A stretch of DNA of 64,000 bases from an uncultured Holophaga sp. (GCA_963664825.1 OY761614.1:1536001-1600000), one strand, 5' to 3'; counted from the stretch's first letter, positions 30,729 through 40,297 are shown. The notes: generated from the sequence alone by a model not told the origin. Made by a program: numbers and translations.

Positions 30729-31699
30729 CCCTTCAGGATCGTTTCCTTGGGCACCTGGTAGCGGATATTGGCCCGCACCCGGAGTCCCTGCAGATAGTTC
30801 TGGATCGCGTTCTGGGCCTTGGGCTCCTGGAGCTTCTGGAGGATCTGGGGCCTGACCTCGCTGAAGGGCTTGACCACATCGTCCTCGGCGGCGATGAGCT
30901 GGATCAGGTAGATATCCTTGTCGGTCTCGATGGGCTGTGAAACCTGATCGGGCTTCATGGAGAGGGCGGCCTGCTCGATGGAGGCGCGCATCAGCCCCTT
31001 CCCGATCCATCCCAGATCACCACCCGTGGCCTTGCTGGGGCTGACGGAGTGCTCCTTGACCAGTTCCTCGAAGTTCTTACCCCCCTTGAGGGCCGTCTGG
31101 ATCTCCAGGATCTTGGCCTTGGCGGCGCTCTGTTCCTCGGGGGTGGTCCCCCGGGAGAGCACCAGCTCGCGGATCCGGAAGCGGCTGGGCAAGCGGTATT
31201 CGTCCTTGTGATCCTCGTACCAGGCCCGGAGCTCCTGATCCTCAATGGCGATCTTGGTGTAGACATCCCGGCGCAGCACTTCCTGTTGGACCATCTGCTG
31301 CTTCTGCTGCTTGATCCAGTCCGGCAGGCCGATGCCCACGCTGCCCTTGAGGGCCTTTTCGAAATCCGCATCCGTGGAGAAGTTGTATTGCTTTTTCATG
31401 TCCTCCACATAGGTGCGCATGTAGTCATCCGTGATCACGATCCCGGACTCCGGCGCCTTGTCCTGGAGGATGAAGGCGTCGATGAGGCCCTGCAGGGTCT
31501 TCTCCCGGGCCTCCCGCAGCTTCCCGTCCAGCTCCTTGCCGGAGAACTGGCGGTAGAGGGCCGCCGTATCCTGCTCCACGGCCTGCTGGAAGGCCCGGCG
31601 GGTGATGATGTGGCCGTCGACGACCACCAGGATTTCCTCGCGGACATCGGCAGCGGAAAGGACAAGGACGGGCAGGGCCGCGAGAAGGAACTTCCTCAT
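30725..31699 (-). CDS. SurA-like parvulin peptidyl-prolyl isomerase/chaperone
   Basis: Signal peptide, VVVDGHIIT SurA-N region, FEELVKEHS..GGDLGW. Confidence 0.85.
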   Translation of the reverse strand: MRKFLLAALPVLVLSAADVREEILVVVDGHIITRRAFQQAVEQDTAALYRQFSGKELDGKLREAREKTLQGLIDAFILQDKAPESGIVITDDYMRTYVEDMKKQYNFSTDADFEKALKGSVGIGLPDWIKQQKQQMVQQEVLRRDVYTKIAIEDQELRAWYEDHKDEYRLPSRFRIRELVLSRGTTPEEQSAAKAKILEIQTALKGGKNFEELVKEHSVSPSKATGGDLGWIGKGLMRASIEQAALSMKPDQVSQPIETDKDIYLIQLIAAEDDVVKPFSEVRPQILQKLQEPKAQNAIQNYLQGLRVRANIRYQVPKETILKG

Positions 31700-32745
31700 T
31701 TTTTTGCTCCGCTCTTCTTGGTGGATTTGGTCTTGGGCTGGGTCAGGGGCTGCTCAGTCTTGACGGCGCCCTCGGCGAAGCCCACATCCTTCTTGAGGCC
31801 GTCCACGTAGGCCTGGAAGACCACTTCCTGCTTGGCGGCCTGGGCCTTCTGCTGGACTTTGTCCTTGATCTTGTCGAAGGTCGGCAGTTCGGCGGCATTG
31901 CGCTTCTCGGCCTGGATGAGATGGAAGCCGAACTTGGTCTTCACCGGCTCGCCCACCTTGCCCAACTCCTGTTTGCGCACGGCCTCTTCGAATTCCGGCA
32001 CGAAGGAACCGTAGGTGATGCCCTCGTAGAGCCCGCCCTTATCCTTGCTGCCGGGATCCTCGGAGTAGGTCTTGGCCACGGCCTCCCAGGTTCCCCCGTC
32101 GGCCAGGGCCTTGGCAGCCAGCGCGATGCGGGCCTTGGCTTCCTCTTCGGTGTAGCCCTTGGCGTCCTTGGGGGCGTCGGCGGCCTTGATGCCCACCAGG
32201 ATGTGGCGGGCATTGAAGGATTCGGGAGTCTTGAACTGCTCCGGGTATTTCGCGTAGTAGGCCTTCACCTCCGCCTCGTCGACGTTGAGCTTGGACCGGA
32301 GAGTCTCGCCGTCCCGCTGCAGGAGTTCCTGGACGAGGATCTGCATCTCCATGAGTTCCATCTTCCGGCGGAAATCGGGCTGCTTATCCATGCCCTGTTT
32401 ACGCGCGGCGGCCTGCATCACCTTGGTGTCCAGGAACTGCTTCCGGTAGGGATCCTTGGCGCCTTGCACCATCTCGATCTGCATCCGCTGCTGGGGATTG
32501 AGGGCCAGGGAGAGGAAGAGCTCGAAGTCGGATTCCCGCACCACCTGGCCTCCGATGGTGGCCAGGGCCTTGTCTTCCTTCTTCTTGGGAATGGCCTTGA
32601 GGGCGGGTTTCTTGGCTTCGGGGGCAGGCGTCTTGGCCTCCACCTTGGGCGCGGGCGTGACCCCAGCGGGCTGCTTAGCCTCGGGGGCGGGAGTCTGGGC
32701 GGCCAGGACGGCAGCGGTGAGCGTGATCAGGGCGTAACGGAGCAT
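31696..32745 (-). CDS. PpiC/PrsA-type peptidyl-prolyl isomerase
   Basis: ARHILV, YSEDPGSKDKGG, FVPEFEEA and KTKFGFHLI motifs. Confidence 0.9.
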   Translation of the reverse strand: MLRYALITLTAAVLAAQTPAPEAKQPAGVTPAPKVEAKTPAPEAKKPALKAIPKKKEDKALATIGGQVVRESDFELFLSLALNPQQRMQIEMVQGAKDPYRKQFLDTKVMQAAARKQGMDKQPDFRRKMELMEMQILVQELLQRDGETLRSKLNVDEAEVKAYYAKYPEQFKTPESFNARHILVGIKAADAPKDAKGYTEEEAKARIALAAKALADGGTWEAVAKTYSEDPGSKDKGGLYEGITYGSFVPEFEEAVRKQELGKVGEPVKTKFGFHLIQAEKRNAAELPTFDKIKDKVQQKAQAAKQEVVFQAYVDGLKKDVGFAEGAVKTEQPLTQPKTKSTKKSGAKK

Positions 32746-32766
32746 GTGATTCCTCGTGGTAGTTCG

Positions 32767-33453
32767 TTAGTTGCGGCGGCCGCCGAGCAGGTTCAGGAGG
32801 TGAATGAAGATGAGGTAGAGACTCACGAAGAGGGACAGGGCGAAGCCCGCCGCATTGCCGTGATCGGTGGTGCGAAGCATGGCGCTGGTATCCCAGAGGA
32901 TCTTGGCCGAACAGGCCAGCACGACGATCACCGAGATCAGAAGGCTGAGCATGGGCAGGTGGACGAAGAAACCCACCAGGGAACCGATGACGGCGATCAC
33001 CAGGCCCACGAGCACGAAGCTTTGGAGGAAGGAAAAATCCTTCCGGGTCACGAAGGCCGTGAGCGTCAGGGCCAGGAAGGCTCCGACGGTCATCCCGAAT
33101 GCCGTGAGCACCACGCCGATCCCGGTTTGGGCGGCGATGGCCAGGGAGAAGAGGCCCGCGATGGCCCCCGACAAGTAGGTGTAGACCCCGAAGGCGAGGC
33201 GGTTCTGGGAGGGGCGCCGACTCACGGCTTGGGCCCACAGGAGCGCGCCGAATTGTCCGAAGATCAGGATGTAGAAGAAAAAACGCCCCGTGAGGGCCGC
33301 CAGGGGGCGGAAGAGGAAGGGGGCCGTGATGGCTCCCAAGCCCGCCACCACGAAGCCGCCCATCAGCCAGAGATACACGCTGCGAAGGAAGGCCACACGA
33401 TCCTCGACGCCGGAGCGTCCCGTGATCGATCTGCCTTCGAATCCGTAGTCCAT
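32767..33453 (-). CDS. Bax inhibitor-1/YccA family membrane protein
   Basis: FLRSVY, TRKDFSFL, ILWDTS and ALSLFVSLYLIFIHLL; 7 TM segments. Confidence 0.88.
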   Translation of the reverse strand: MDYGFEGRSITGRSGVEDRVAFLRSVYLWLMGGFVVAGLGAITAPFLFRPLAALTGRFFFYILIFGQFGALLWAQAVSRRPSQNRLAFGVYTYLSGAIAGLFSLAIAAQTGIGVVLTAFGMTVGAFLALTLTAFVTRKDFSFLQSFVLVGLVIAVIGSLVGFFVHLPMLSLLISVIVVLACSAKILWDTSAMLRTTDHGNAAGFALSLFVSLYLIFIHLLNLLGGRRN

Positions 33454-33587
33454 TTCAGCCTCGAACGCCCCCGGAATGGGGGAACCTTGATCTTAACATC
33501 GGCACACCTTTGCCCGCCCGGCGGGTGCGGGGGCAGACGGGTCCTGATTCCAATGGCGCCCGGGGCCGGAAGGTTCCCCGGAGGGCC

Positions 33588-34910
33588 TCAGCGAGGGGCA
33601 GGCGAATCCGCCGGGTTTCCTGGCGCCTCCGCCCAGGCCTCCAGGCCCTCGATGACATCCCGGACCCCGGGGCCGAACCTGGCATTGGAAACCCAGTCCA
33701 GCTTGGGAGGCAGGGATTCGAGCGCTCTCCGTACCCGACCCCTGTGCCCCAGCTCCGCCCGGGGGATGGCATTGGGACTGGGCGCCTCCCGGGTCTGGGA
33801 AGGTGTGGATATGGCCGGGAGCCATTGCCTGAGGCGCCCCTCCGTCCAGGCCCAGTCCTTGGGCTGTTCGGGGTGGGGGTCCTCCCAGAGCGCCGAATCG
33901 CCGATGAAGCTGCGCAGCTGCATCTGATCTGCGGGAGCGCAGCCCTTGTCGATCCAGCTGGGCACCAGCGTTCCGAGATAGGGACGCCCCGAGGGGGGAT
34001 CGATGAGGAAACCGAAACCATCGTGGTAGGGCGGCAGGATGGCGTGTCGACTATGCCAGAGCGTCACCGAGGTATAGGGAATGGTCGCCAGAGCCTCTGC
34101 ACTGGAGCTTGATAGGGGCCCCAGCAGCTCCGCCGCCGCATAGGCCGGGAGGGCCAGTATCACGCGATCAGCTTCCGAGCTCTGCCCCTCGCCATATACC
34201 CGCCACCGGTCTCCGGGCAGGGCCTCCAGGCGCAGGGCCCGCAGGCCCAGCCGCAGCTGGGGTAGGAGGGCAGCCAGGCGAAGCGTGAGGGCTCCCATGC
34301 CGCCCTCGGGCACCTTCAGATGGCTGATGCCGCTCTTGCGTACGCCATTGAAGAGGCTGCCGTAGGACTCCCAGTGCCGCAGCATGGGGATGGCGTCGAC
34401 GCTCAGCAGATGGGGCGGCGCGGCCAGGATGCCGGCCACCATCGCTGGCAGCAGCTCCGAAGCCATGCCTCGTCCCGCCCGCCGGGCGATGAAATCGAAG
34501 AGCCCCTCCTCGGGTTCGGCGGGCCTCGGGGCCTGGAAGGGCTCCAGACACATGCGGAGCTTGGTGGACCAGCTCATCAGATCGCTGGTCAGGAGCCCCA
34601 CGGGATGAGCGGGCACGGGGATGAGGCGCCCCTTCTTCCCCACCCAGCGGGCGCCCTTGCCGGGGCTCTTGAGGGGCAGCTCGAGCTTGTTGAAGAGTCT
34701 TTCGGCGGGACTACCGGCCCTCACCAGGATGCCCTGGGGGCCCTTCTCCAGGTGGCCCGGGCGACCATCCTCCGTGGGCCAGGGGAGCGTCTGCACCCAG
34801 CCTCCGACCACCGGCTCGGCCTCCCAGACCTCCACGGCCTCCCCCCGTTCATGCAGGTGCCAGGCCGCCAGAAGGCCCGTGATGCCGCCGCCGAGAATGA
34901 GTGTGGTCAT
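33588..34910 (-). CDS. hemY: HemY-type flavoprotein (proto/coproporphyrinogen oxidase)
   Basis: ILGGGITGL FAD motif, VGGWVQT, EKGP, GGMGAL and GFGFL; ATGA overlap with hemH. Confidence 0.85.
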   Translation of the reverse strand: MTTLILGGGITGLLAAWHLHERGEAVEVWEAEPVVGGWVQTLPWPTEDGRPGHLEKGPQGILVRAGSPAERLFNKLELPLKSPGKGARWVGKKGRLIPVPAHPVGLLTSDLMSWSTKLRMCLEPFQAPRPAEPEEGLFDFIARRAGRGMASELLPAMVAGILAAPPHLLSVDAIPMLRHWESYGSLFNGVRKSGISHLKVPEGGMGALTLRLAALLPQLRLGLRALRLEALPGDRWRVYGEGQSSEADRVILALPAYAAAELLGPLSSSSAEALATIPYTSVTLWHSRHAILPPYHDGFGFLIDPPSGRPYLGTLVPSWIDKGCAPADQMQLRSFIGDSALWEDPHPEQPKDWAWTEGRLRQWLPAISTPSQTREAPSPNAIPRAELGHRGRVRRALESLPPKLDWVSNARFGPGVRDVIEGLEAWAEAPGNPADSPAPR

Positions 34911-35881
34911 GATTTCGCTCGCTTCAATGCCTCCAGTGTCCTCCGAAGCAGGCACTGAATGAAGGCAGGATGCACACCCGGTGCGGGCACCCGCAGGTAG
35001 CGCGGGAGGCCCAGTCTTGCGGCCAGCCCTCGGTATTGGATATCGAGTTCGTGCAGGGTCTCCAGATGCTCACTCACGAAGCTCAGGGGCAGGACCACCA
35101 CTTCCCGCCCGGTGAGCTGCTCCAGCACCTTCCCCAGGGAGGGGGAGAGCCACTTCATGGGCCCCACACGGCTCTGGTAGCCCAGGCGGTATCCCCCGGG
35201 GATGGCGCCCAGGAGCGCCTTCAGGCCCTCCACCGTGGCGCCGATCTCCTGCTCGTAGGGATCCCCCGCCTCGATCAGCTTCAACGGCAGGCCGTGGGCG
35301 CTGAAGACCACGGTGGCCTCGGGGGCCTGGGCCAGTGTCTGGCGGAGATTATCCGCCATGGCCGAGAGGTATAGGGGGTCCGCGGCGTAGTGGAGGACGC
35401 CCGGCAGGACTTCCATGCCCGCGGCCCTGGCTTCTCGCGCCAACTCCCCCAGGCTGGAACCCGTGGTGGCGCGGCAATCGTGTGGATAGAGCGTGACGGG
35501 CAGGATGCGCTTCACCCCTTGAGCCTTCAGGGAGCGCAGGAGTCCCCTCGCCCGGGGGGGGGCGTAGCGGAAGCAGAGGACCACCTTCTCCGATCGTCCC
35601 TCTTCCCGCAGGGCCTTCCTCAGCGCCGTGGCCTGGGCCGCGGATTCCCGCAGGATGGGGCTGCCTCCCCCGATCTCTCCATAGCGCCTCTGAACCTTCT
35701 TGAGCCTCAAGGCAACGAGGAGGCGCGCCAGCAGGGGCTGCAGAAAGGCGGGCCCCAGGCTGATGAGCTCCCGGTCGTTGAAGAGATTGAGCAGGAAGGG
35801 ACGCACATCGTCCTGCCTCAGCGGACCGCCGAGGTTCATCAGGACGATGGCGGTATCGCTTGTGCTGGGCGTAGTGGTCAT
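34907..35881 (-). CDS. hemH: Ferrochelatase
   Basis: LMNLGGP, GGGSPI, FSAHGLP, YQSRVGP and FVSEHLETLHELD motifs. Confidence 0.95.
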   Translation of the reverse strand: MTTTPSTSDTAIVLMNLGGPLRQDDVRPFLLNLFNDRELISLGPAFLQPLLARLLVALRLKKVQRRYGEIGGGSPILRESAAQATALRKALREEGRSEKVVLCFRYAPPRARGLLRSLKAQGVKRILPVTLYPHDCRATTGSSLGELAREARAAGMEVLPGVLHYAADPLYLSAMADNLRQTLAQAPEATVVFSAHGLPLKLIEAGDPYEQEIGATVEGLKALLGAIPGGYRLGYQSRVGPMKWLSPSLGKVLEQLTGREVVVLPLSFVSEHLETLHELDIQYRGLAARLGLPRYLRVPAPGVHPAFIQCLLRRTLEALKRAKS

Positions 35882-35885
35882 AGGT

Positions 35886-36762
35886 TCACTCGGTAGCCCT
35901 GAATGCCTGTCGCCACACAGGCTCACTTGGGAAGACATACCGAACCTCGATGGAATATTTCTTCCCTCCGAACCGCACGGCCGAATTTATAGGAAGTCGT
36001 TTCAAAAAAGCGCAGGAGTTTTTCGGGATCCTTTTGATCGACATAAGCTGAGATTCTATGTGGAAAAACACGAACAAATTTTGATCCAGGTTGAGGTAAA
36101 TCCGTAGGCCATGGCATGCCCTTCCCTTTAGCGTGTGGGAAAGGCCAGAGGACTGCTTCCATGTACAAGGGAACCCACACCTGGCTTGGTCTTCCAGACA
36201 CCTCTCTGAGCCTATTGAAGACTTTCCCGAGTTGCCCCGGAAGGACCGGCTCTGGTCTGTCGCTCTTGCTACTTTCAGGCTCGAGCCGTTCCATTTCTCT
36301 CACCATGGAGCTGGTAATGGAGGGCCCTTCCAGGGTCCAGGCATAAAGGCGAGTCACCATCGTCTGCTCCTTGGTCCGGAAGAAAACTCGGAGCTCTGGC
36401 TGATCTGTAATTTTCCAAGGGGCAAGGTCGTACCTTGCCTTGAAACCCCCAACAGGAACTGTCTCTCTAAACAAGTTGAGCAACGATTCCATGTCGTTAG
36501 CAGGGAGTTGGCTAGCTCGATACCGAAGAATGTCCTTGGCGCTGTGGTCCTGGAAGACGAATAGACCATTTTGGTATAAGACGTAAGCCGGGGTTTCTCC
36601 CTCCACAACCATGCCCCAAGGCTGAGTCTGAAGGACCACCAGGATGGGTGCAGGTCCCTTGAAGGGACCGAAGGCTTCGGCACCGCAGAGGGCAGAAAAG
36701 GTTCCAATGCAAAATGCTACCCATCGGATGGCCCACAGGATCGAAGATCTACTGGTGGGCAT
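35886..36762 (-). pseudogene. AT-richer exported hypothetical protein, probably +1 frameshifted at an A6 tract (36004-36009)
   Basis: The 279-aa ORF ends at 35923. Removing one base of the tract gives a C-terminus ending at 35886, 4 nt before the hemH ATG. Confidence 0.55.
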
Positions 36763-36765
36763 GGT

Positions 36766-38136
36766 CTATACCGTCCTGCTGAACGCCGTATTCGGCGACA
36801 GGCGCTTGAGGTAGGCGTCGAAGGGCATGGCGAGATTGCGCACGAAGCGCTTGCCCAGTTCCGTCACGAAGACCCCCTCCTGCCGCAGTTCCACTGTGCC
36901 CAGGGGTACTTCGGCCTTCAGCTCTGCCAGGGCCTCGGCGAAGTGGGTGGGGCCGTCCACATCCCATTTCGCCTTCAGCTCGTCCCAGCGCACTTGAAAA
37001 CTGCCCATGAGGCGGTGGATGACCCAGCGGCGCAGTTCGTCCTCCCGGGAGAGTCGGCAACCCTTGCGGGTGGCGAAGTGTCCGCCCAGCACGGCGCGCT
37101 CCCACCGGGCGAGGTTCTTTTCGTTTTGGGCGTAGACGCCGCCGATATTGGAAATGGCCGTGGGCCCCAGGCCCAGGCTATCGCTCCCCGCCTGCACGGC
37201 GTAGCCCATGAAATTGCGGATGAGGCGGCCCTCCTGCAGGGCCTTGGCCAGGGCGTCGCCGGGGCGGGCGAAGTGATCCATGCCGATGGCGAGATAGCCA
37301 TGGGATTCTAGGATCTCGGTGGCCATGAGCAGCAGCTCCAGGCGCAGCTCCGGCGAAGGCAGGGTGGCTGGGGGAATGCGGCGCTGGCGGGCCATCAGCT
37401 TCGGCATGTAGGCGAAGCCGTAGATGGCCATGCGGTCCGGCGATAGCTCCAGCAGGGCCTCCAGGCTGCGCCGGAAGGTATCCAGGGTCTGACCCGGTAG
37501 GCCATAGACCAGATCCAGGTTGATGCCCTGGAATCCCAAGGCCCGGGCCTGCTGGACCGCGCTCCGGGTATGCTCCCAGGTCTGGCCCCGGCCGATGAGC
37601 TCCTGGACGCCTTCGTCCAGATCCTGCACGCCGCAGGAGACGCGGTTGAAACCGAGTTCCCGGAGCAACGGGAGCCGATCGGCCTCCAGGGAGGTGGGAT
37701 CGACTTCCAGGGCCACTTCCGCCCCCGGCAGCAGGGGGAAGCGCTCGGTGATGCAGCGGAAGAGGCGCCTCAGTTCAGGCGCCTTCAGATACGTGGGCGT
37801 GCCGCCTCCCCAGTGAAGCTGGATGACGTCTCGGCGCTGGGGCAGGCGATGGGCCCAAAGTCCCACTTCGGTCTCCAGGGCCGCCATGTAGGCCTCCACG
37901 GGACCGTAGCGCGGACTGGCCACCGCGCTGCACCCACAGTACGTGCAGCGCCGCTGGCAGAAGGGGACGTGGACATAGATGGAGAGGGGCCCTGTGCCTT
38001 CGTTGGCTCGACCGAGAGCGGCCTGAAGGTTCTCCTCCGGGAAGGGTTCGCTCCAGGCTGGAGGCATGGGATAGCCCGTGTACCGCGGGCCGGGGCGGTC
38101 GTAGTGACGGACGAGTTCGGAGAGTGTGGGCTGCAT
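36766..38136 (-). CDS. hemN: Oxygen-independent coproporphyrinogen III oxidase
   Basis: GPRYTGYP, YVHVPFCQRRCTYCGC, HWGGGTPT, IGMDHFA and RNFMGY motifs. Confidence 0.95.
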   Translation of the reverse strand: MQPTLSELVRHYDRPGPRYTGYPMPPAWSEPFPEENLQAALGRANEGTGPLSIYVHVPFCQRRCTYCGCSAVASPRYGPVEAYMAALETEVGLWAHRLPQRRDVIQLHWGGGTPTYLKAPELRRLFRCITERFPLLPGAEVALEVDPTSLEADRLPLLRELGFNRVSCGVQDLDEGVQELIGRGQTWEHTRSAVQQARALGFQGINLDLVYGLPGQTLDTFRRSLEALLELSPDRMAIYGFAYMPKLMARQRRIPPATLPSPELRLELLLMATEILESHGYLAIGMDHFARPGDALAKALQEGRLIRNFMGYAVQAGSDSLGLGPTAISNIGGVYAQNEKNLARWERAVLGGHFATRKGCRLSREDELRRWVIHRLMGSFQVRWDELKAKWDVDGPTHFAEALAELKAEVPLGTVELRQEGVFVTELGKRFVRNLAMPFDAYLKRLSPNTAFSRTV

Positions 38137-38177
38137 GGAGCCTGATTATCCCTCGAAGATCCCAGGGAGATGGGAAG

Positions 38178-38421
38178 AGCTTCCCGGAGTGCACCTTGCT
38201 GTCGGGCACTTCGGGACGCTGCCACTCGTGCTGGCGGGTCCCAGCTCCGGGCGCATGCGCCCTTCGCTACCCGCTTCAGCACTCGCCTCGGCAGCTACCC
38301 GGAGTGCACCTTACTGTCGGGCACTCCGGGACGCAAGGCGTTCCAGTTCGGGCTTTGCCCGAGCCTAGCCCGCCCTGCTTTACGCTGCCTCGTGCTTCGG
38401 CAGCTACCCGGAGTGCACCTT
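38178..38421. repeat. Three-copy palindromic repeat array with structured spacers (REP/BIME-like)
   Basis: AGCT(T/A)CCCGGAGTGCACCTT at 38178, 38293 and 38402. Copies 1 and 2 continue to GCACT(T/C)CGGGACGC, forming a 10-bp stem. Copy 3 is truncated at the hydG stop. Confidence 0.85.
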
Positions 38422-38423
38422 TT

Positions 38424-39851
38424 TTAGAACCTCAGGTCGCGCTCTCCGGCTCGGATGCGTGCGAGGAAGGCCTGGGCGGCTTCCCGGGCCTTGGGGTTGG
38501 AGATGGCCTCCAGTTCCCGGGCGATGGTCGCCTCCCCCATCTGCCGCAGCTCGGCGTCGCCATAGTCCTCGATGAATTCCTGGAGGGTGAGCATGGCGTT
38601 GGGCTGGCAGACATTGGAGATCTGCCCGGTCTTGGCCAGGCGCATGAAGCGGTCCCCCGTGCGCCCTTCCCGGTAGCAGGCCGTGCAGTAGCTGGGGATG
38701 TAGCCATCCCGCAGGAGTTCCTTGAGCACTTCCATGGGGGAGCGGTGGTCCTCAGGCTCGAACTGGGGCACGGTCTCCTCGAATCCCAGCTTGTGGGCGT
38801 GGGCATAGCCTCCCACTCCCGTGCAGGAACCGGCGCTCACCTGGGAAATGCCCAGGGCGATGACCTCTTCCCGGTATCCGACGGGCTCCCGGGTGGAGAG
38901 CAACATGCCCGTGTAGGGCACGGCCAGGCGAAGCACGGCCACCACCTTCTTGAAGTCGTCGTCGGAGACCAGATGGGGATAGTCCTTGGCGTTCACCCCC
39001 GTGGCGGCGCGGATGCGGGGCACGGACAGGGTGTGGGGCCCCACCCCCCGGGCCGCCTCCAGATGCTCGGCATGCATGAGCAGGCCCAGGGTGTCGTATT
39101 TCCAGTCGTAGAGGCCGTAGAGCACGCCCAGGCCCACATCGTCGATGCCTGCCTCCATGGCGCGGTCCTGGGATTCCGTGTGGTACTCGTAGTTCCGTTT
39201 GGGGCCGCCCTGGTGGACCTCCAGGTACGTGGGCTTGTGGTAGGTCTCCTGGAAGAGGATGTAGGTGCCGATGCCCACATCCTTCAGGCGCTTGTAGTTC
39301 TCCACCGTCGTGGCCGCGATATTGACGTTGACGCGCCGGATGGCGCCGTTATCGCACTTGAGGCTGTAGATGGTGCGGATGCACTCCTCGATGTACTCGA
39401 TGGGGCAGTTCACGGGATCTTCCCCGGCCTCCAGGGCCAGGCGCTTGTGACCCAGGCCCTCCAGCACCCGCACCTCCTCGGCCAGTTCCTGCTGGCTGAG
39501 GCGATGGCGCTTCATGCCGTTGTCGTGGTTGTAGCCGCAGTAGCGACAGCGGTTGACGCAGAAGTCCGAGAGATAGAGGGGCGCGAACATCACGATGCGC
39601 CGCCCGTAGATGTGCTCCTTCACCTTCCGGGCCAGGGCGAATATCTCCGCCAGGACCTCCGGGGCCTCCACGTTCAACAGGACGGCGGCCTCCCGGTGGC
39701 TGAGGCCCTTGAATTGGGCGGCCTTCTCAAGGATGGCCTGCACCCGGGCCGGGTCCTTCGCCTCGGTGGAGGCCTGGGCCAGGCTCTCCAGGATCTCGGC
39801 ATCATCAATGAAGGTGCCGGCCTTCGGGGATTTGGGATCGTAGGTCATCAT
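38424..39851 (-). CDS. hydG: [FeFe]-hydrogenase H-cluster radical SAM maturase HydG
   Basis: CVNRCRYC radical SAM motif, FQETYH, GPHTLSVPR and a C-terminal CX2CX22C (CTAC...VCQPNA). Confidence 0.92.
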   Translation of the reverse strand: MMTYDPKSPKAGTFIDDAEILESLAQASTEAKDPARVQAILEKAAQFKGLSHREAAVLLNVEAPEVLAEIFALARKVKEHIYGRRIVMFAPLYLSDFCVNRCRYCGYNHDNGMKRHRLSQQELAEEVRVLEGLGHKRLALEAGEDPVNCPIEYIEECIRTIYSLKCDNGAIRRVNVNIAATTVENYKRLKDVGIGTYILFQETYHKPTYLEVHQGGPKRNYEYHTESQDRAMEAGIDDVGLGVLYGLYDWKYDTLGLLMHAEHLEAARGVGPHTLSVPRIRAATGVNAKDYPHLVSDDDFKKVVAVLRLAVPYTGMLLSTREPVGYREEVIALGISQVSAGSCTGVGGYAHAHKLGFEETVPQFEPEDHRSPMEVLKELLRDGYIPSYCTACYREGRTGDRFMRLAKTGQISNVCQPNAMLTLQEFIEDYGDAELRQMGEATIARELEAISNPKAREAAQAFLARIRAGERDLRF

Positions 39852-40147
39852 GCCTCCTCGGCTGTCTGCTTGGATGCTGTGGGAGCGGGGCTGTGCATCT
39901 CCCGCGCGAGAGCGGTCTTCACGGAAGTGCCATGCACCCGCCCCAGGCGCCCGGTGAGGGCGCTGATCTCGTCGGTACTGCCGTCCACGATGAGGGACAT
40001 GATCGAGAGGCCGCGCTCCCGGTACGGGATGCCCATGCGGCCCACGATGATGCCGGCGAAATCGTGCAGGATGGCATTGATCTCGGAAGCGGCCTCGAAG
40101 CGCTCCACCACGATCCCCACCACGCCGACACGCTTCTGGTCTTCCAT
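39848..40147 (-). CDS. TM1266-family iron-only hydrogenase system putative regulator (ACT-like)
   Basis: RVGVVGIVVE, INAILH, GRMGIPY and ISALTGRLG motifs; overlaps the hydG start. Confidence 0.85.
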   Translation of the reverse strand: MEDQKRVGVVGIVVERFEAASEINAILHDFAGIIVGRMGIPYRERGLSIMSLIVDGSTDEISALTGRLGRVHGTSVKTALAREMHSPAPTASKQTAEEA

Positions 40148-40297
40148 GGACGCCCTCGATGTCTCCCCGTTTCCGCAGGTGGGAGGGCGCAAGCTGCCTT
40201 AGCGCTTCCTCCCGCTCGGGTCTTTCGAGCTTCGCGGTCGGGATATTTGTTGAAGGACCAGCGGCGGAACGGATCCCGGGGCCGGAACGCTTCGATT

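Noticed and set aside
38178..38421. CRISPR array
   Set aside because: Only three copies, a ~42-nt repeat with ~70-nt self-folding spacers that share sub-motifs, and no cas genes in the window.
38424..39851. ThiH (thiamine biosynthesis) assignment
   Set aside because: The C-terminal CX2CX22C extension and the adjacent TM1266-like gene indicate HydG.
38124..40202. 692-aa plus-strand ORF and similar long antisense ORFs (e.g. 31921..33927, 28678..30345, 45050..46681, 59195..60811)
   Set aside because: These are shadow frames opposite well-supported genes, expected in high-GC DNA, and show no recognisable motifs.
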